DNA of 64,000 nucleotides. Source: Diadema antillarum (taxonomy: Eukaryota). The notes under the pieces were generated by a model that saw only the letters and a list, made by a program, of their open reading frames with translations, made no database searches and had not been told where the DNA came from. Below are positions 60,231 to 64,000 of the stretch, one piece after another. The DNA lies in contig NW_027271552.1 of NCBI RefSeq assembly GCF_040938485.1, positions 930,001 to 994,000 on the forward strand. Direction: 5' to 3'. The position numbers and the translations under genes were made by a program. Every line of letters starts with the position of its first letter. Within the stretch, counting starts at the first letter, position 1.

Positions 60231-62749
60231 TACTGTATGCCATGCTTCTATCATTAATTTTGGTCTACAAAGACATGCTACTATTATGAAGGATGAAAAC
60301 GTTACGAGTGAAGTATTGTGTGGCGTGTTTTACGGTCAGGAGGCTTACCCGTCCTAGAAAATGGTCTTGAAATGTCTCGTTAGACTCGATTTCCAGTCGC
60401 TCCCAGCATATATCTCACTAAAATAGCCAGACTAGAGTGGCGTAGAATGGATGCGCGGCCAGGCTGCAGCGTCGTAATGCTGGTTGAAGGCCAACAATCT
60501 GACGCGGGGATTCCCAGTGCAGCGTTTTGATAGGAAAAGGCATGCGGTTGACATTTTCACTATGACGGCCAAAGATCACGACGATTCATATTTGTTGTTA
60601 TTTTTTTTTAATGTTGTCTGATTAACGTTATGACCCCTAACTGCACAGAACACTTTTTACTCTATTTGAGAGCACATATTCTATTGCTACTACAGTATTT
60701 AAAAAGCGACATGAGCTACTCTCTATTTACAATCGGTGTACACGCGGAAACAAGAGGAAAAAACCAATTGGGTTGCTTTCCTTTTTTAACCTGTATTGCA
60801 AGAACTGTTCCGTATATCAGCCAGTGTATTTCATCATTAAGTGTGATTCCTTTGCTACATAATACCGGACAGCTTCGTGTTCTCAGACCACAACGTTCTG
60901 TATGTACCTGTCCGCGTTTACAGTCATACGTATACCTCCACGTTTGTTTCATTTAACTCGACAATTCAATCATAATTAGAGCTTAATAACCATGGTGTGA
61001 AACTGCTATTAAACGGATTATCTAGGTTTATATACACTAATAAAGCGAATTGAATTTCAAATGTATTATTTTTATAAGCGAGTTATGCTAAGCAGGCCTT
61101 CCCTTTTCTTCTCCTATTTTCTTTTTCTCATCCCAATGTACACAAACCGAAGAGCGAGGTTTTGCAATTTCTATACATTGGTGCGAAGCTATTTATCTGC
61201 TTTGTATACAAAATGACCTGCAGTACATAGGCCAATGTTATTCATGACCTATTTTACACCTTCGTGGTATAAAGGTAGCAGTCTTATTTTTTGGCTATCA
61301 TGTTTCCCCCTAATTTGATTGATTGATAGCCCTACCTGGTTAGTCTTCTTTACTGGTGCACTGTCACTGGAGCAATTTCCCTCGGCACTGTTTTAGTCAA
61401 ATCGTATGAAACACAATTTGCTTTATACCTGTCAACTTGCTATATTGTCAGGGCCATATCTCATAAACGTTTTTATTACTTCAAATGTATGACACTGGAT
61501 ACTTATGGCAAGACGGCTGCCTGTGCTGTAGGTACAGCTACGATTCATTTATTTACGGGTGTGTACACGTATACAGAGAGATATACGCAAAGGCAGTTAC
61601 GTTGTTTTTCTTTTGCACCCACATTTCAATTTTGCTCTGCAGTAAATATACAACACTCCGTTAATTTCTATGGTCCCAGATAGTTTGAGGCGGTATGCAG
61701 GTAACCAGCTGGGCTCCTTAACTTTTCCACCCTCCCTATTATCTAAATGCCTAATGAATGTCACAGTGTGGTTGGAACGCATTGTTTGACACCCACCGCC
61801 TAAGCAAAAGCTTGTATGCTAGGTATGCTGTGATATTGTACATGTATATTGCTTTTCTTTGAGTTATGAGTCGTTGTCTAAGATGCTATTGTTGGACATA
61901 ATAAGCCAAACTGAAAGATTGTCCAATTATGACGTCTATGATGCAATATGTAATCATGAAAAAATAGTTTCTTTTTAATTTTACTCTTGACGCAAAGGTG
62001 GTAAAATGGAGACATCGTCGTTGAAACATGGAATATCTAAGGTAGCAGATTTGAGTTTTGTATCACGTGCAGTACTTACATCACATTCCAGTGTATTCAA
62101 CTGCATCAGTACATTGTCAATCCAGACATTCATCACGTGATATTGTAACGAGTGACGGCAGTTCCTTGAATGTTGAATGTGTATTAATAATATTTGCAGC
62201 CTCTACTCCTACCAAAGTGCTAAATGCACTCCTTGTTTCGTTTATTTTTCTCGTGTGTTTGCCTATATATAGTTATGTCGTCTTATGAGTTCAAAATGTC
62301 GATGCGCCGCTCCTTGCAATCCATATGGATGAGAATTTTGAACGATGTACAAATTGCCAATTTTACTGACATTTCTGCCCCTGCTCCTTCTGCACTTCTC
62401 TCTGGGTCTTTGCCTCGTACACTTGAATGCACTCTTGTTCTTAACGTCAACGAATGCTGTAATACCATTTATTTATATGACGGATAGTATGACACAGGTT
62501 GTAAATTTAATTTTCCTTATCATTCTCTAAACAATGATGCTTTCTTCGATATGTTTTAATCATGGCACAGAAAGACATGCAACAAACGACCCCACACTGA
62601 GAGTAAAAAGTTCTGTACCAACCGTTGATTATGATTTTAACTCTCATACTAAAAGAGCAAACTTTGGTGAAGATAACAAGAGACAATATCCTATAGTTCT
62701 GAATATTTTGCAATTAATCAATTCAAAGCTCTTACTAAAATAACTCATT

Positions 62750-63890
62750 TTTTTTTCTTTGATGCAGCTTAATATACGGAGTTTGAATAGTAATTTCGAT
62801 AATTTTGGTTGTCTTATGAATGACATTCATAAATCATTTTTCTCTGTAAGAAGTCTGAGTGAAACATGGATTAGCCCGACTTCTCTGCCTACGTTCTCTC
62901 TCCCCGGTTATCATTTTATAGACAACAGTCTTCAGCACAAGAAAGGCGGAGGAGTTGCCCTGTATGTAAAGCAAAACCTTAATCATATTATTCACAGTGG
63001 ATTGAAATCACTCTTTATTGAAATTAACTTGCCTTGTTCTAGGAATATACTTCAATAGTAATTAATCATGTACCGACCTCCAAATTTTGAATGTCCAAGA
63101 TTTTTCTTTTCATCATTATTTGCAATCGTTATTTCAAAATCCAATTTAGAACAATAAAGATTATTATATTATGGGGGATTTTAATGTAGATTTATTTAAG
63201 TCTCGAACATTAAATACCTCTCCGAATTTATTAGGTATTATGATGTTCTCACCTTCTTTGCCCCTTGGAAGCCAACTCGAGTAAGTAATCATTCAGCAAC
63301 TATTATTGACAATACATTCTGCATTGTTATCCCTTTACCTTTTTTCTGGAATTGATTTATGGGATTTGTCTATTACCCCATATATACTCTTTTTTATTAT
63401 GCCTTTTATTCTCAAATGTAATTTGAGTTCTTCTGCAGTTTATTTTCGAAAAGTTACACCCGATAATTTAGCTAGGTTGCAAGACGTTTTAATGAACTGG
63501 ATTAGTCTGAGGTATTATGATGCTGAGGACCCTAATGATGCTTTTGATTTATTCTTGAGAAAATTGAATTCACCTTTAGAAAAATGTGTTCCTTTAGTTA
63601 AGAAAAATGATAGTAATTACAAAAGATCTCCTAGACTCCCGTGGATATCGAAGTCCTTGTTGCAATCAATTAACCGAACAAATCATTTGTATTATGCTGA
63701 TAGAATTAAACGTACTAAGGAATCTCGTCATGAATGTGCAAAGCGAAAATATCTCAGTGATCAGACATTTTTTTTTGTTGACTTTCCTTGATAAAGTCCC
63801 TAAAGCTATTGATAAATTTCATATAGGCGTATTCCTGGACTTCTCCAAGGCCTTCGATACCATCGACCACAAAATAGCAGTCCCCTCCAT
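62750..63890 (+). mobile_element. CR1/L2-clade LINE ORF2 relic (APE endonuclease plus start of RT, internally deleted)
   Basis: QLNIRSL, LSETW, KKGGGVALYV, YRPP, MGDFNVD, PTRV..SAT.IDN, LPWIS and GVFLDFSKAFDTIDH, with frameshifts. Confidence 0.92.
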
Positions 63891-64000
63891 TTCCGACTTT
63901 TTCTTTGTTATGATTCAGTTATATTTTAGCCCATGCATTTCTTCATCTAAAGTATGTTTATTGCCTCATTGTAAACAAATGACATGCATTTAAATCTCAT

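Noticed and set aside
366-64000. Most short ORFs in the supplied track (many with TTG/GTG starts, e.g. 1843-2181, 9436-9735, 30265-30618, 39516-39932)
   Set aside because: They lie in MITEs, microsatellites or antisense to real exons and have no recognisable domains or splice consistency. The DNA is eukaryotic, so alternative starts are not meaningful.

Overview
This is AT-rich eukaryotic (animal) genomic DNA with spliced genes, microsatellites, many MITEs, LINE fragments and two N-gaps (20896-21035, 49899-50100). The repeat types and Ig style suggest an echinoderm, possibly a sea cucumber (inference). Most ORF-track entries are noise. The real content is a tandem cluster of minus-strand paralogues that I assembled by hand from GT/AG sites and exon phase. 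Gene A (28919->16057) has 10 exons and encodes 574 aa. Gene B (exons 2-10 at 55086->41655, candidate exon 1 at 58484-58427) encodes about 578 aa. Both have the same unusual architecture: signal peptide, V-type Ig, C2-type Ig, single TM helix, cytoplasmic IFI44-family P-loop GTPase (G1 GQMSAGKS, G3 DNRG, G4-like THxD), basic/proline-rich tail and a C-terminal CaaX box (CSVM). This reads as a putative Ig receptor-GTPase that may also be prenylated. A third signal-peptide exon (5645-5567, minus strand) marks another gene running off the left edge. The rest includes a 1.7-kb near-identical duplication with a filled/empty MITE site, a mariner relic, TTAA-, Harbinger-, Tigger- and hAT-like MITEs, Helentron/HINE-like elements, CR1/L2 LINE fragments and a 4-unit ~1-1.5 kb tandem array between genes A and B.
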